Assembly: GCA_963698395.1 (NCBI GenBank)
Contig: CAVOQQ010000002.1
Location: 191,624-255,623, forward strand
From: an uncultured Acidimicrobiales bacterium
GTDB taxonomy: Bacteria; Actinomycetota; Acidimicrobiia; Acidimicrobiales; SZUA-35
Length of the DNA: 64,000 nt
Direction of reading: 5' to 3'
Both the position numbers and the translations under genes were made by a program. Below are positions 50,119 through 60,008 of the stretch, piece by piece. The notes beneath the pieces were generated by a model that saw only the letters and a list, made by a program, of their open reading frames with translations, was not told where the DNA came from and did not search any database. Within the stretch, counting starts at the first letter, position 1. Each line of letters starts with the position of its first letter.

Positions 50119-50718
50119 TCAGGCGGTGTTGCGATCGATGAGGCGTCCCGCCCAGCGTCGAAACTGCTCATCGTGGTGGACACCACTGATCGTGAGTTGG
50201 CCGATCCGCCATGACGGGGTGGCCGAGACGTCGAGTTCGATCGCCGTCGACCGTCCGTCATCGAGCAGCTCGGCGCCCTCGCCGCACTCGTGTCGCGTCA
50301 GGATCTCGGGGTCGATGGCCGCCTCGGCCGCCAGTTCATCGAGCACGGCACGATCGTCGATCGGTCGGCTGGTCACCCAGGCCGCCGTGGCGAGCGCGGT
50401 GTCGAACGCAAGTGATCGATCCGGCTGATGACGATGGACCAGTTCGAGCAGTTCGAGCGCCGCTCTGGTGTTGGGGGTGCGAACGGGTTTGACGAAGTCG
50501 ATCCCCGCCGCCCGGCTCTGGGCCTGGAGGCGATCCAGGAGGCGGTCATAGGACCCGCCCGGGCGCACCGAGCGTCCCTCTGCCGGCAGCTCCGGATGGA
50601 GCTCGTAGCCACGAATGGACACCTCGACCCCCTGGTCGCGCAGCCACTGGGTCTGGGGCCGCCCAAGGTAGGCCCAAGGGCAGAGGTAGTCGGTCCAGGT
50701 GGTGACCGTGAAGTGCAT
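50119..50718 (-). CDS. DsbA/FrnE family oxidoreductase
   Basis: DYLCPWAY, YELHPE and SATPSW motifs. Confidence 0.8.
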   Translation of the reverse strand: MHFTVTTWTDYLCPWAYLGRPQTQWLRDQGVEVSIRGYELHPELPAEGRSVRPGGSYDRLLDRLQAQSRAAGIDFVKPVRTPNTRAALELLELVHRHQPDRSLAFDTALATAAWVTSRPIDDRAVLDELAAEAAIDPEILTRHECGEGAELLDDGRSTAIELDVSATPSWRIGQLTISGVHHDEQFRRWAGRLIDRNTA

Positions 50719-50761
50719 GGTCGTCGAGCGTAGTGGCGGAGCCATCAACCGTGCCGCCAAC

Positions 50762-50812
50762 GGTACCGGGCCTTCCAGGTGCCGGGCCTTCCAGGTGCCG
50801 GGCCTTCCAGGT
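50762..50812. repeat. 16-bp tandem repeat GGTRCCGGGCCTTCCA (x3)
   Basis: Read directly; lies in the divergent dsbA-like/xth intergenic region. Confidence 0.9.
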
Positions 50813-50841
50813 TGCGGGCGTCAGTCGGTATCGTCGGGCAG

Positions 50842-51627
50842 ATGTTGGTCGCCACCTGGAATGTGAACTCGCTCAAGGCCCGGATGCCAAGGGTCGAGGA
50901 CTGGCTCGCGCAGGTGCAACCCGACGTCCTGTGTCTCCAGGAGACCAAGCTGGCCGACGACGCGTTCCCCGCCGACGACTTCGCCCGGCTGGGCTACGCG
51001 TCGGTGCACCACGGCCAAGGCCAGTGGAATGGTGTCGCGATCGTGTCACGAGTCGGAATCGACGATCCGATCGCCGGTTTCGCCGATGGCATCGAGCCCG
51101 ATCCCGACGCTCGCCTGGTCTCGGCTTCCTGCGGCGGCATCCGCGTCCACAGCGTGTACGTGCCGAACGGTCGCGAGGTCGGTCATGAGCACTATCACTA
51201 CAAGCTGTCGTGGTTGGCACGGCTGCGGGCCCATCTCGATCAGACGTCCACGCCCGACGCCGACGTCATCGTCGCCGGTGACTGGAACATCGCGCCGACC
51301 GACATCGACGTCTGGGATCGTTCGGCCTTCGAAGGCAGCACCCATGTGACGCCACCCGAACGCGAAGCACTCGACGAAGTCAAGGCGTTCGGATTGGTCG
51401 ACACGTTCCGTGATCACCACCCCGAACCCGGTCTCTACAGCTACTACGACTACCAGGCCGGTCGATTCCACAAACGCCAAGGGATGCGGATCGACTACCT
51501 GCTTGCCTCGCAGGGGCTGGCCGAGCGTTGCATCCTCGACGTCATCGACCGCAACGGCCGCAAGGGCACCAAACCCAGCGACCATGTTCCGGTCATCGCC
51601 GTCTACCGCGATCGTGAGGCCGCCTGA
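50842..51627 (+). CDS. xth: Exodeoxyribonuclease III
   Basis: ATWNVNS, LQETK, YVPNG, GDWNIAP, GMRIDY and PSDHVPV motifs. Confidence 0.95.
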   Translation: MLVATWNVNSLKARMPRVEDWLAQVQPDVLCLQETKLADDAFPADDFARLGYASVHHGQGQWNGVAIVSRVGIDDPIAGFADGIEPDPDARLVSASCGGIRVHSVYVPNGREVGHEHYHYKLSWLARLRAHLDQTSTPDADVIVAGDWNIAPTDIDVWDRSAFEGSTHVTPPEREALDEVKAFGLVDTFRDHHPEPGLYSYYDYQAGRFHKRQGMRIDYLLASQGLAERCILDVIDRNGRKGTKPSDHVPVIAVYRDREAA

Positions 51628-52344
51628 TGTCCGACGAAGCACCCCGACCAGCCCGAAGCCGGAGCCGAATTGCTGTCGGGCTACTACTCCGATGCCGACA
51701 CCTCGTCACTGACACCCCGCCAGGCGCTCACCTGGCGAGTGGGTGATGCCATGCGCGAGATGATCGATCGGTTGGTCGACAATCGAGCGCCCGACGCCGC
51801 CTTCGCCGAGATGGCCGACGAGCTCGAAGCGATGGTCGCCACGCTGCGGGGTTTCGAACACGGTCGCCGCTACGAGCAGTTCGCCGAGGCGTCGACAGCC
51901 GGCGCCGGCCCGCCGAACGGGCACGCCGAGTACAGCCCGTTGATCGGCCGAGCCAATCCGATCGCTCCCCTCATGACGTTCACGATCGACCCGCCTCGGG
52001 TGCGGGCCGAGGTGACCTTCGGGTCGGCCTACGAAGGTCCGCCCGGCAGTGTCCATGGCGGTCTCGTCGCCGCAGCATTCGACGAAGTGATGGGCGCAGC
52101 CCAGGCCATCACCGGCAGTCCCGGTATGACCGGTTCCCTGACCATCAACTACCGCTCGCCGACGCCGCTTCACGAACCGCTCGTCTACCAGGCGTGGACC
52201 GACCGGATCGAGGGCCGCAAGATCTTCGTCGATGCCACCCTGCACGCCGGCGAACGATTGTGTGCCGAGGCGACCGGCTTGTTCATCAGCGTCGATTTCT
52301 CGAAGCTGAGCGAGATGATGGCCGCCCGCAATGCCGAGATCTGA
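51627..52344 (+). CDS. PaaI/hotdog thioesterase with a probable +1 frameshift in CCCC at 51642-51645
   Basis: YEGPPGSVHGG...FDE and LTINYRSPTPL motifs; the coupled ATG at 51627 is one base out of frame with the body of the gene. Confidence 0.85.
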
Positions 52345-52378
52345 CGGCCGAGATCTGGAGCCCTGAGGTCTGACGCAG

Positions 52379-54493
52379 TCAGCGGCCCCGGGGTGACGCG
52401 TCGGTCGTGACCGAGCGAACCAGATCGATCATCTCGTCGCCGTAGCGTTCGAGCTTGGCTGCGCTGATGCCATTGATCGAGGCCAGGCCCACCCGGCTGG
52501 TCGGCCGAACGGTGGCGACGGCACGAAGGGTCTGGTCGTTGAAGACGACGTGCACCGGCACATCGGCGGCGCGTGCCCGGTCTCGACGCCATGACTGCAA
52601 GGCCACGAGCAGGGCGTCGGTGTCGCTCCCGCGTTGGGGAGCCTGCGATGCTGTCGGCGCCGTCATCGCCGTGCGGGAATCCTCGACCTTTGCTCGCCAG
52701 TCGAGCGGACGCTGCCCCCGAGCCATGTGCTCGATCGCCTCGTGGATCTGGCCGAGGTAGGGCGACACGCTGCGTTTGCGAGATCGGGTCCCGAACGTTC
52801 GGCTCGCAGCCCACGACAGGTGCAGTTCCCGTTCGGCTCGGGTGATGGCCACGTAGAGCAGCCGCTGCTCCTCGGCGAGCTGGCCGCCGGTCTTTGCATA
52901 GCTGATCGGGACGAAGCCCGATTCGATGCCCGCCAGGTGGACGACGGGCCACTCCAGACCCTTGGCCGAGTGGAAAGTGGCGAGTTCGACCGCGTCGAGA
53001 TCGGTCGCCACCTCACCGGCTTGGATCGTGGCGATCCAGGCGGCGAGTCCCGGACCCTTGGGCATGGGGTCGACGGCGAGGTAGTCGCGAATCAGGTTGC
53101 CGAGCGCGCCGAGGTTCTGGCGTCGGTCGATCTCTGCCGGCGTCAGGGCCGATGATGACGACCGGGACCCGTCGGTCAGATCGATCGTGATGCTCGGTCC
53201 GAGATGGCGGTCGGAAGCCTCGTCGGCGTCGAGATCGGTCGAGGTGGAGCCATTGGCGTCGTCGGGCAGCGCGGCCACCCGCTCGAGGTCGGCAACCGCC
53301 GCCCGAAGGTCGACGCCGGGACGGCTGAGTTCGCGGAGCTTCGACTTCACCTCGGGGCTCGAGAGTGGGCCGCCACCGCCCCGGACGCGAACCGGAATCC
53401 CGCTGGCCACCAGTGCCTGCTCGATGGGGATGAGCTGGGCGTTGGTCCGCACCAACACCGCTTGGTGCGACCACGGTTCACCGACCGATCGGGCGGCTCG
53501 GAGCGCATCGGCGATCCCGGCGGCCTCGGCCTCCTCGGTGGGATAGGCCGTGATGGTCGGCACGGCGCCGTCGGGGCGATGGGGTATCAGCTGGCCGGCC
53601 TTTCCCGCCAGGGCGGCGGAGGCAGCGTTGAGAATCTGCGGCGTGGAGCGATAGTTGTCGGCCAGCGGAATGACGATGGCGGTGCGCTCGCGTTTGGCGA
53701 AGCGGACGAGCAGGTCGGGGTCGGCGCCGTTCCAGCCATAGATCGCCTGATTGGGGTCACCGACGACGAAGAGGTCGTTGGTGCGACCGCGCCATGCCTT
53801 GAGCAGCTCGAACTGCAGTGGGTTGACGTCCTGGAACTCATCGACGTAGAGGTGGCGGTGGCGCCAACGGACGGCGGCTGCGTAGTCGGGGTCGGTCAGC
53901 ATGTCTCGCAGCGCCAGCGCGAGCAGATCGTCGAAATCGACCACCCGACGCTGTCGTTTCTCGAGGGCGAAGCGGTGAAGGAGCTCGGCCATGTCGTCTG
54001 CGGGAATGGGCGGTGTGCGTCCAGCGAGTTGGGCTGCCGTTGCGTAGTCGGCCGGTTCGACCATCCGGGCACGGGCCCACTCGATCTCCGAGACGACGTC
54101 CATGGGTTCCACGCCGCTGCGTCGGCCGAGGAGTTGACTGATCATGCGGTACTTGCGGTCGAGCAAGGTGGGTGGCGTGATGCCTCGCTCGGTCCAGCGC
54201 TCCCGTAGCTGCGTCAGCGCAATGCCGTGAAACGTGCCGGCGACGACGTCGTCTCGGAGACCGAGGTGTCGAAGCCGCGTGCGCATCTCGCCCGCTGCCT
54301 TGCGAGTGAAGGTGAGCGCGAGGACCCGACGGGGGTCGGTGTCGCCCTCGAGTACTCGGTACGCGATGCGACGGGTGAGCACCCGAGTCTTGCCCGAACC
54401 GGCGCCGGCGAGCACCACGAGCGGACCACCGGTGGCGGTGACGGCTTGGCGCTGTCGTTCGTTGAGTCCGTCGAGTAGGTGGGTGCCGCTCAC
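52379..54493 (-). CDS. uvrD2: ATP-dependent DNA helicase UvrD2 with HRDC domain
   Basis: AGAGSGKT, VDEFQD, NYRSTPQI, HSAKGLEW and YVAITRA motifs; C-terminal WRRDRA...VVFNDQTL. Confidence 0.9.
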   Translation of the reverse strand: MSGTHLLDGLNERQRQAVTATGGPLVVLAGAGSGKTRVLTRRIAYRVLEGDTDPRRVLALTFTRKAAGEMRTRLRHLGLRDDVVAGTFHGIALTQLRERWTERGITPPTLLDRKYRMISQLLGRRSGVEPMDVVSEIEWARARMVEPADYATAAQLAGRTPPIPADDMAELLHRFALEKRQRRVVDFDDLLALALRDMLTDPDYAAAVRWRHRHLYVDEFQDVNPLQFELLKAWRGRTNDLFVVGDPNQAIYGWNGADPDLLVRFAKRERTAIVIPLADNYRSTPQILNAASAALAGKAGQLIPHRPDGAVPTITAYPTEEAEAAGIADALRAARSVGEPWSHQAVLVRTNAQLIPIEQALVASGIPVRVRGGGGPLSSPEVKSKLRELSRPGVDLRAAVADLERVAALPDDANGSTSTDLDADEASDRHLGPSITIDLTDGSRSSSSALTPAEIDRRQNLGALGNLIRDYLAVDPMPKGPGLAAWIATIQAGEVATDLDAVELATFHSAKGLEWPVVHLAGIESGFVPISYAKTGGQLAEEQRLLYVAITRAERELHLSWAASRTFGTRSRKRSVSPYLGQIHEAIEHMARGQRPLDWRAKVEDSRTAMTAPTASQAPQRGSDTDALLVALQSWRRDRARAADVPVHVVFNDQTLRAVATVRPTSRVGLASINGISAAKLERYGDEMIDLVRSVTTDASPRGR

Positions 54494-54533
54494 GAAATCG
54501 GACCCTACCCGCGGCGGGGTCTACAATTCCCTC

Positions 54534-55172
54534 ATGCCCTATCCGATCGATCAGCTCCACGCCCGGGAGGAGATCGTGCTCGACCTCCGCCCGCACTGGT
54601 GGTTCCTGTCGCGACAGGCCTTTGCCCTCATGGTTTCGATCGCGCTCGGTCTGCTTGCGCTCATCATCAGCAACGGCCCGCTCGGCTACGCCGCCGGGGT
54701 GCTGATCGTGGTCAGCGTCGTGTGGTTCATCATCCGCTACGTCGTGTGGACCACCACGAACTTCGTCGTCACCACCGATCGCCTGATCAGTCGCAGCGGC
54801 GTGTTGCGTCGAGAGGGTGTCGAAATCCCGCTCGAGCGGATCAATACCGTCTTCTTTGCCCAGACGATCTTCGAGCGCATCATCGGCTCGGGCGATCTGC
54901 GGATCGAGTCCGCCGGCGAGATGGGCACCTCGAGTTTCAGCGACATCCGTCGTCCACTCGATGTGCAGAACGAGATCTACATCCAGATGGAGAACAACGA
55001 GAACCGGAAGTTCGATCGCGTTGCCCACGGCATGCGGGCGAACGCCAACGCTGCCAACCCTCAGGTCTCCATCCCCGATCAGATCCAGCAGCTCGACGCA
55101 CTGCGTCAGCAAGGACTCCTCACCAACGAAGAGTTCGAGCAGAAGAAGGCCGACCTTCTTCGTCGCATGTGA
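54534..55172 (+). CDS. Bacterial PH-domain membrane protein with C-terminal SHOCT
   Basis: RPHW, two TM helices, TTDRLISRSGVL and LRQQGLLTNEEFEQKKADLL. Confidence 0.85.
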   Translation: MPYPIDQLHAREEIVLDLRPHWWFLSRQAFALMVSIALGLLALIISNGPLGYAAGVLIVVSVVWFIIRYVVWTTTNFVVTTDRLISRSGVLRREGVEIPLERINTVFFAQTIFERIIGSGDLRIESAGEMGTSSFSDIRRPLDVQNEIYIQMENNENRKFDRVAHGMRANANAANPQVSIPDQIQQLDALRQQGLLTNEEFEQKKADLLRRM

Positions 55173-55888
55173 GCGGGTTGGCCGACAACGCCGAAGGGGT
55201 GCGAGTGGTGAGTCTCGTGCCGTCGATCACCGAATCGCTTCGCGCCTGGAACCACGACCCGATCGCTTGCACCAAGTACTGCGAACAGCCCGACCTCACC
55301 ACGGTCGGCGGCACGAAGAACCCGGATCTGGCGGCCATCGCCGCCTTGGCGCCCGACGTCGTGATGCTCGACCGCGAAGAGAACCGGCGGGAAGATGCCG
55401 AGGCGCTCGAAGCGCTCGGCATCGACGTGTTCGTGACCGATGTTCGCCGACTCGATCAGGTCGCTGCCGAGCTCGACCGTGTCGCCGAACGAATCGGTCT
55501 GGGTCCGCAGACCGGTGGCTGGCAGGACTTCGGTTCGGCCGACGAACCGGCCGCACCCCGTCGCTCGGTCTTCGTCCCGATCTGGCGCCGACCGTGGATG
55601 ACCATCGGCGCCCAGACCTACGGTTCGACGGTGCTCGACTGGTTGGGTTTCGACAACGTCTTCGGCCGGCTCGACGACGGTGCCTATCCCGAGGTCACGC
55701 TCGAGGCGGTTCGCAGCCGAACGCCCGATCTCGTGCTGGTGCCATCGGAGCCCTACGTCTTCGAAGCGGATCATCTCGACGAGCTGCGAACCATTGCACC
55801 GGTGATCGAGGTCGACGGTCAGGATCTGTTCTGGTGGGGGACTCGAACCCCGGCCGCCGTCGAACGCCTCGATCGAGCGATCGGCTGA
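55169..55888 (+). CDS. Helical-backbone metal receptor (BtuF-like, no signal peptide)
   Basis: RVVSLVPSITE, VGGTKNPD, EENRREDA and PSEPYVF motifs. Confidence 0.85.
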   Translation: MSGLADNAEGVRVVSLVPSITESLRAWNHDPIACTKYCEQPDLTTVGGTKNPDLAAIAALAPDVVMLDREENRREDAEALEALGIDVFVTDVRRLDQVAAELDRVAERIGLGPQTGGWQDFGSADEPAAPRRSVFVPIWRRPWMTIGAQTYGSTVLDWLGFDNVFGRLDDGAYPEVTLEAVRSRTPDLVLVPSEPYVFEADHLDELRTIAPVIEVDGQDLFWWGTRTPAAVERLDRAIG

Positions 55889-55931
55889 TACCCCGAGCGG
55901 CTGATCCCCGGAGCCGCTGATCCCCGGAGCG
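55884..55931. repeat. 16-bp imperfect tandem repeat GCTGATCCCCGGAGCS (x3) starting at the stop codon
   Basis: Read directly from the sequence. Confidence 0.8.
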
Positions 55932-55940
55932 GGGCATCTG

Positions 55941-55960
55941 ATCGGGGGGATCCCCCCGAT
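55941..55960. promoter_or_regulatory. Perfect 20-bp palindrome ATCGGGGGGATCCCCCCGAT, possible regulator binding site
   Basis: Self-complementary; centred about 43 nt upstream of ATG 55994. Confidence 0.5.
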
Positions 55961-55993
55961 TCGCCGGCCCCGTCGTCGCATCATCGTGGACTC

Positions 55994-56215
55994 ATGACCA
56001 CCACGACCCTGATCCAGACGACACCACTCCAGACGACACCCCTGCCGACGACGGCCGGCGACGATGCACCGGAACTCGTGCTTCCGAGCGTCATCAGCAA
56101 GGGATGGCACGCCGATCCCATGGCGATTCACAAGCTTCGCTGGCACGACGGTGAGGAATGGACCGAGCACGTGACCCATTTCGGCCCCGTGCCCTGTCAG
56201 CAGTGCGGCCGCTGA
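55994..56215 (+). CDS. Small DUF2510-like protein
   Basis: GWHADPMAIHKLRWHDGEEWTEH, followed by a CQQC motif. Confidence 0.75.
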   Translation: MTTTTLIQTTPLQTTPLPTTAGDDAPELVLPSVISKGWHADPMAIHKLRWHDGEEWTEHVTHFGPVPCQQCGR

Positions 56216-56300
56216 ACCTGACCGGGCTGACGCCGGCGGGCGAACGGGTCGCCGAGTTGGCGTGGCCGATCGAGCCCGCCGCCCGATAGTTTGCCTCCTC

Positions 56301-57704
56301 ATGACCAAACCGCCGGCAACGCAGTATTCGATCGCTATCGACGTCGTTCTCGACAACGTGCCCGGTGTGCTCGGCAAGCTCGCCACGGCCATCGGTGAAG
56401 CGGGCGGCAACATCTATGCGGTCGACGCCTTCGTCGCCAAGGGCTCGACGGTGGAGCGAACGATCGTCGTCAACTGCATCGATGTCGATCACCAGCAGGC
56501 GGTCGTCGACGTCGTGAGCAAGACGCCCGGGATCACGCTGGTCGAGTGGTACGACCGCACGTTCCGGATGCACGAGGGGGGCAAGATCGAGGTGCTCTCG
56601 CTCTGTCCCGTCGGTGACATCGACGACCTCTCGATGGCCTACACCCCCGGTGTCGCTCGAGTGTGCAAGGCGATCGCCGAAGACGAGACGAAGGCAGACG
56701 AGTACACGATTCGCAAGAACACCGTCGCCATCGTCTCCGATGGCACCGCCGTGTTGGGTCTCGGCAACATCGGTCCCAAGGGTGCCATGCCGGTCATGGA
56801 AGGCAAGGCGTTGTTGTTCAAGGAGTTCGGCGGCGTCGACGCCTTCCCGATCTGCCTCGACGTACAGACGCCAGAGGAGATCGTCGAAACCGTGATCCGG
56901 TTGGCCCCCACCTTCGGAGGGATCAATCTCGAAGACATCGCAGCACCGGGCGCCTTCTATGTCGAGGAAGAACTGAAGAAGCATCTCGACATCCCCATCT
57001 TCCACGACGACCAGCACGGCACGGCGGTCGTCACCCTTGCCGCCCTCGAGAACGCACTGCGCATCACCGGCAAGCGGATGGAAGATCTCGCCATCGTCAT
57101 CTCCGGCGTCGGAGCCGCCGGTGTCGCCATCGGCAAGATCCTGCTCGGCGCCGGGGCCACCAACATCATCGGCGTCGACTCCCAGAGTGCCGTGCACATC
57201 GGACGCGAGGGCCTGAACTCGTGGAAGCAATGGTTCGCCGAGAACACCAACCCCGACGACCGTCACGGATCGCTCTCCGAGGTCATTGCCGGGGCCGATG
57301 TCTTCATCGGCGTCAGCGCGCCCGACGTCCTGACGGTCGAAGACGTCAAGTCGATGGCCTCGGACCCCATCGTGTTCGCCATGGCCAATCCGGATCCCGA
57401 GATTCGGCCCGAGTTGGTGCGCGACATCGTTCGTGTCCTGGGAACCGGCAGGAGCGACTACCCGAACCAGATCAACAACGTGCTTGCGTTCCCCGGGATC
57501 TTCCGAGGCGCGCTCGATGCTCGAGCCACCGACATCACCGAGAACATGAAGCTTGCGGCCGCCAAGGCCATCGCCGAGTCGGTCACCGACGAGCAGTTGA
57601 GCGAGACCTTCATCATGCCTCCGGTCTTCGACAAGTCGGTGTCGATCCGTGTGGCCGAGGCCGTGGCTGCGGCCGCCATCGCCGACGGTGTCGTTCGACC
57701 ATGA
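56301..57704 (+). CDS. Malic enzyme with N-terminal ACT-like domain
   Basis: AYTPGVA, VMEGKALLFK, NLEDI, FHDDQHGT and TGRSDYPNQINNVL motifs. Confidence 0.93.
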   Translation: MTKPPATQYSIAIDVVLDNVPGVLGKLATAIGEAGGNIYAVDAFVAKGSTVERTIVVNCIDVDHQQAVVDVVSKTPGITLVEWYDRTFRMHEGGKIEVLSLCPVGDIDDLSMAYTPGVARVCKAIAEDETKADEYTIRKNTVAIVSDGTAVLGLGNIGPKGAMPVMEGKALLFKEFGGVDAFPICLDVQTPEEIVETVIRLAPTFGGINLEDIAAPGAFYVEEELKKHLDIPIFHDDQHGTAVVTLAALENALRITGKRMEDLAIVISGVGAAGVAIGKILLGAGATNIIGVDSQSAVHIGREGLNSWKQWFAENTNPDDRHGSLSEVIAGADVFIGVSAPDVLTVEDVKSMASDPIVFAMANPDPEIRPELVRDIVRVLGTGRSDYPNQINNVLAFPGIFRGALDARATDITENMKLAAAKAIAESVTDEQLSETFIMPPVFDKSVSIRVAEAVAAAAIADGVVRP

Positions 57705-57739
57705 CCGGTTGACGTCGGCGAGTACGGACCCGCAGACGT

Positions 57740-58590
57740 GGCGACTCATATCGAAGGCCGGTCGGCCGACACGTCGATGCTGGGCCAAGGTCGCCCAGGG
57801 AGACGCTGTTCGACGAGACACTCCGGCGTGCGAGGTGTTCGACCCGCACCCATGTTCGAGAGCGAGACCGATCTCCAGCTCTCTGTGGCCGCCGCTGGGT
57901 GGTCACGACGAGAACGACGCTCGAGTGCCGCGAAGCGGCGTCCAACAACGAACCCCAGATCATCCTCATCGGCGGCCTGACGATCGATGCCCTCCTCGTT
58001 GCGCTGTTCGTCGGTCTCACTCGATCGAATCGACGAGCGAGTCGCTTCGCCGACGATCTCACGTCGGAGTTGGTGAGCAATGCGAAGCGACTCGAGCAGT
58101 CCAATCGGGAGCTCGAGCGCTTCGCATACGTGGCCTCACATGACCTGAAGACACCACTGCGCGGCATCGGGAGTCTGGCCGAATGGATCGAGGAAGACCT
58201 CGAGGACCACTTCCCCGAGGGGCAGACACCAAGCGAGGTGAAGGTGAACCTCGACCGGTTGAAGCACCAGCTCGACCGCATGAATCGTCTCATTGCCGGA
58301 CTGCTCGAGTACTCGCGCATCGGTTTCGACCGCGACCCGATCGAATCCGAGGTCGACATCGATGCGCTCGTTCGCGACCTCCGTCTGGATCTCGATCTCG
58401 ACGCCGAGCAACTGACGGCCACGGGCGAGACGGTCTTCACCACGACGTCGGCGCCGTTGCTTCATCAGGCCGTTGCTCCATCAGGCCGTTGCTCCATCAG
58501 GTGGTGGCGAACCTCGTCACGAACGCCGTGCAGCATCACCCCGACCGAGACGCCATCGAGCGAGAGCAGCGAGACGAACGACGAGAGTCT
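57740..58590 (+). pseudogene. Decayed sensor histidine kinase (sensor remnant, TM, HisKA, truncated HATPase)
   Basis: ELERFAYVASHDLKTPL H-box; N-box LHQVVANLVTNAVQH shifted out of frame by a 16-bp triplication; no G1/G2 boxes; no clean 5' start. Boundaries approximate. Confidence 0.75.
58453..58500. repeat. 16-bp tandem repeat GCCGTTGCTYCATCAG (x3) inside the kinase remnant
   Basis: Read directly from the sequence. Confidence 0.9.
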
Positions 58591-58604
58591 GAGATGTGTG
58601 TCGT

Positions 58605-59018
58605 ATGAGCAAGATGTTCGTGGTCGAAGACAACGAACTAAACATGGAACGGATCGAGCGGTATCTGCGGAAGCTGGGTGCGAGTGATCTGTTGGTGCGG
58701 GCCCGAGACGGTCAGGACGCACTCGATCGGATCGCCGGCCTGATCACGAAGCAGATGTCCGGTACTTCGAGCTGCGTGGTGCTCGTGGATCTGAACATGC
58801 CGCGCGTGTCAGGTTTCGAGCTGATCGACCACATTCGCGACAACGAATGGCTTCGGCATCTGCCGGTGTACGTCTGCCCGACGTCGGATCACGAGCGCGA
58901 CGTCAACGACGCCGACGAGCGTGACGTTGCGGGGTACATCGTCAAGCCGATCACCCTCGAACAGGTGAGCGGGTTGGTCGAGCTCGTACGAAGCAGGGTG
59001 GGATCTGCCGCCTCCTGA
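58605..59018 (+). CDS. Stand-alone response regulator receiver (Rcp1-like)
   Basis: VVEDN, ARDGQDAL, VDLNMPRVSG and GYIVKP motifs. Confidence 0.88.
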   Translation: MSKMFVVEDNELNMERIERYLRKLGASDLLVRARDGQDALDRIAGLITKQMSGTSSCVVLVDLNMPRVSGFELIDHIRDNEWLRHLPVYVCPTSDHERDVNDADERDVAGYIVKPITLEQVSGLVELVRSRVGSAAS

Positions 59019-59049
59019 GCAGCGTCGCTCCGTTCGGCTCGAGTCCGTT

Positions 59050-59991
59050 TCAACGCAGGGCAGCGATGGCGTCGGCGATGGCCAACGATCGCCGGGCGAT
59101 CTCGACGTGAAGATTCTCGATCATCTTGCCGTCGACGGTGATCACGCCCTTGCCTTCGGCGGTTCCCTCTTCGAACGCGGCGATCACCTTACGGGCATGG
59201 GCGATCTCGTCTTCTGACGGAGCCCAGATGTCGTTGGTCGGTTCCACCTGGCTCGGGTGGACGAGGGTCTTGCCGTCGAAGCCCATCTCGAAGCCGTCGA
59301 TCGCCTCGACGCGGAATCCTTCGTCGTTGCGAACGTCGTTGTACACGCCGTCGAGAATGGCCTTGCCCGCCTCACGTGCTGCGAGGATCGACGTCGCCAG
59401 GTGCGAGCGGATCGGTGTCCGATCAGCGACCATCTGGGCCCGCAGCTCGCGATAGAGGTCATTGGTCCCCATCACGATCACGTCGACCCGAGGGTGTGCA
59501 GCGATCTCACGGGCGTCGAGGATGGCGGTCGGCGTCTCGAACATCGCCCAAATTCGCATGTCGGCCGGAGCGCCGGCGGCGTCGAGCGCTGCGGAGATCT
59601 CGTCGAGATAGGCAACCGATCCGACCTTCGGGATGACGACGGCCGCCGCTCCTGACTGGGCTGCGGCGGCGAGGTCCGCAGCCCCCCAGGGCGTATCGAG
59701 CCCGTTGCACCGAATGGTGACTTCGCGATGTCCGTACTCGCCCGACTGGGCAGCGGCGACGGCTTGCGCCCGTGCTTCCTCTTTGGCATCGGGCGCCACG
59801 GCGTCTTCGAGGTCGAAGATGAGCGCGTCGCAGGGAATGGTCTTGGCCTTTTCGAGGGCACGTGCGTTGGCGGCGGGCATGTAGAGCACGCTGCGACGCG
59901 GCCGGCCGGGCGAAGGGGCGGAGCCCGGAGTGTCATCGCCGGGCGAAGGGGCGGAGCCCGGAGTGGTACCAGCGGTGGAGGTGTCAGCCAT
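59050..59991 (-). CDS. CitE/HpcH family CoA-ester lyase, Mcl2 (malyl-CoA thioesterase)-like
   Basis: RPRRSVLYMP..NARALEKA, FDLEDAVAP, MGTNDL and GFDGKTLVHPSQ motifs; 33-bp in-frame duplication at 59905-59965. Confidence 0.85.
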   Translation of the reverse strand: MADTSTAGTTPGSAPSPGDDTPGSAPSPGRPRRSVLYMPAANARALEKAKTIPCDALIFDLEDAVAPDAKEEARAQAVAAAQSGEYGHREVTIRCNGLDTPWGAADLAAAAQSGAAAVVIPKVGSVAYLDEISAALDAAGAPADMRIWAMFETPTAILDAREIAAHPRVDVIVMGTNDLYRELRAQMVADRTPIRSHLATSILAAREAGKAILDGVYNDVRNDEGFRVEAIDGFEMGFDGKTLVHPSQVEPTNDIWAPSEDEIAHARKVIAAFEEGTAEGKGVITVDGKMIENLHVEIARRSLAIADAIAALR

Positions 59992-60008
59992 CGTGTTGTC
60001 GCTTTCGA

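Noticed and set aside
54502-54526. TGTAGACCCC...TAGGGT upstream of uvrD2 as a PafBC-type promoter
   Set aside because: It mismatches the TGTC core, has different spacing, and is explained by the divergent gene's TACAAT -10 element.
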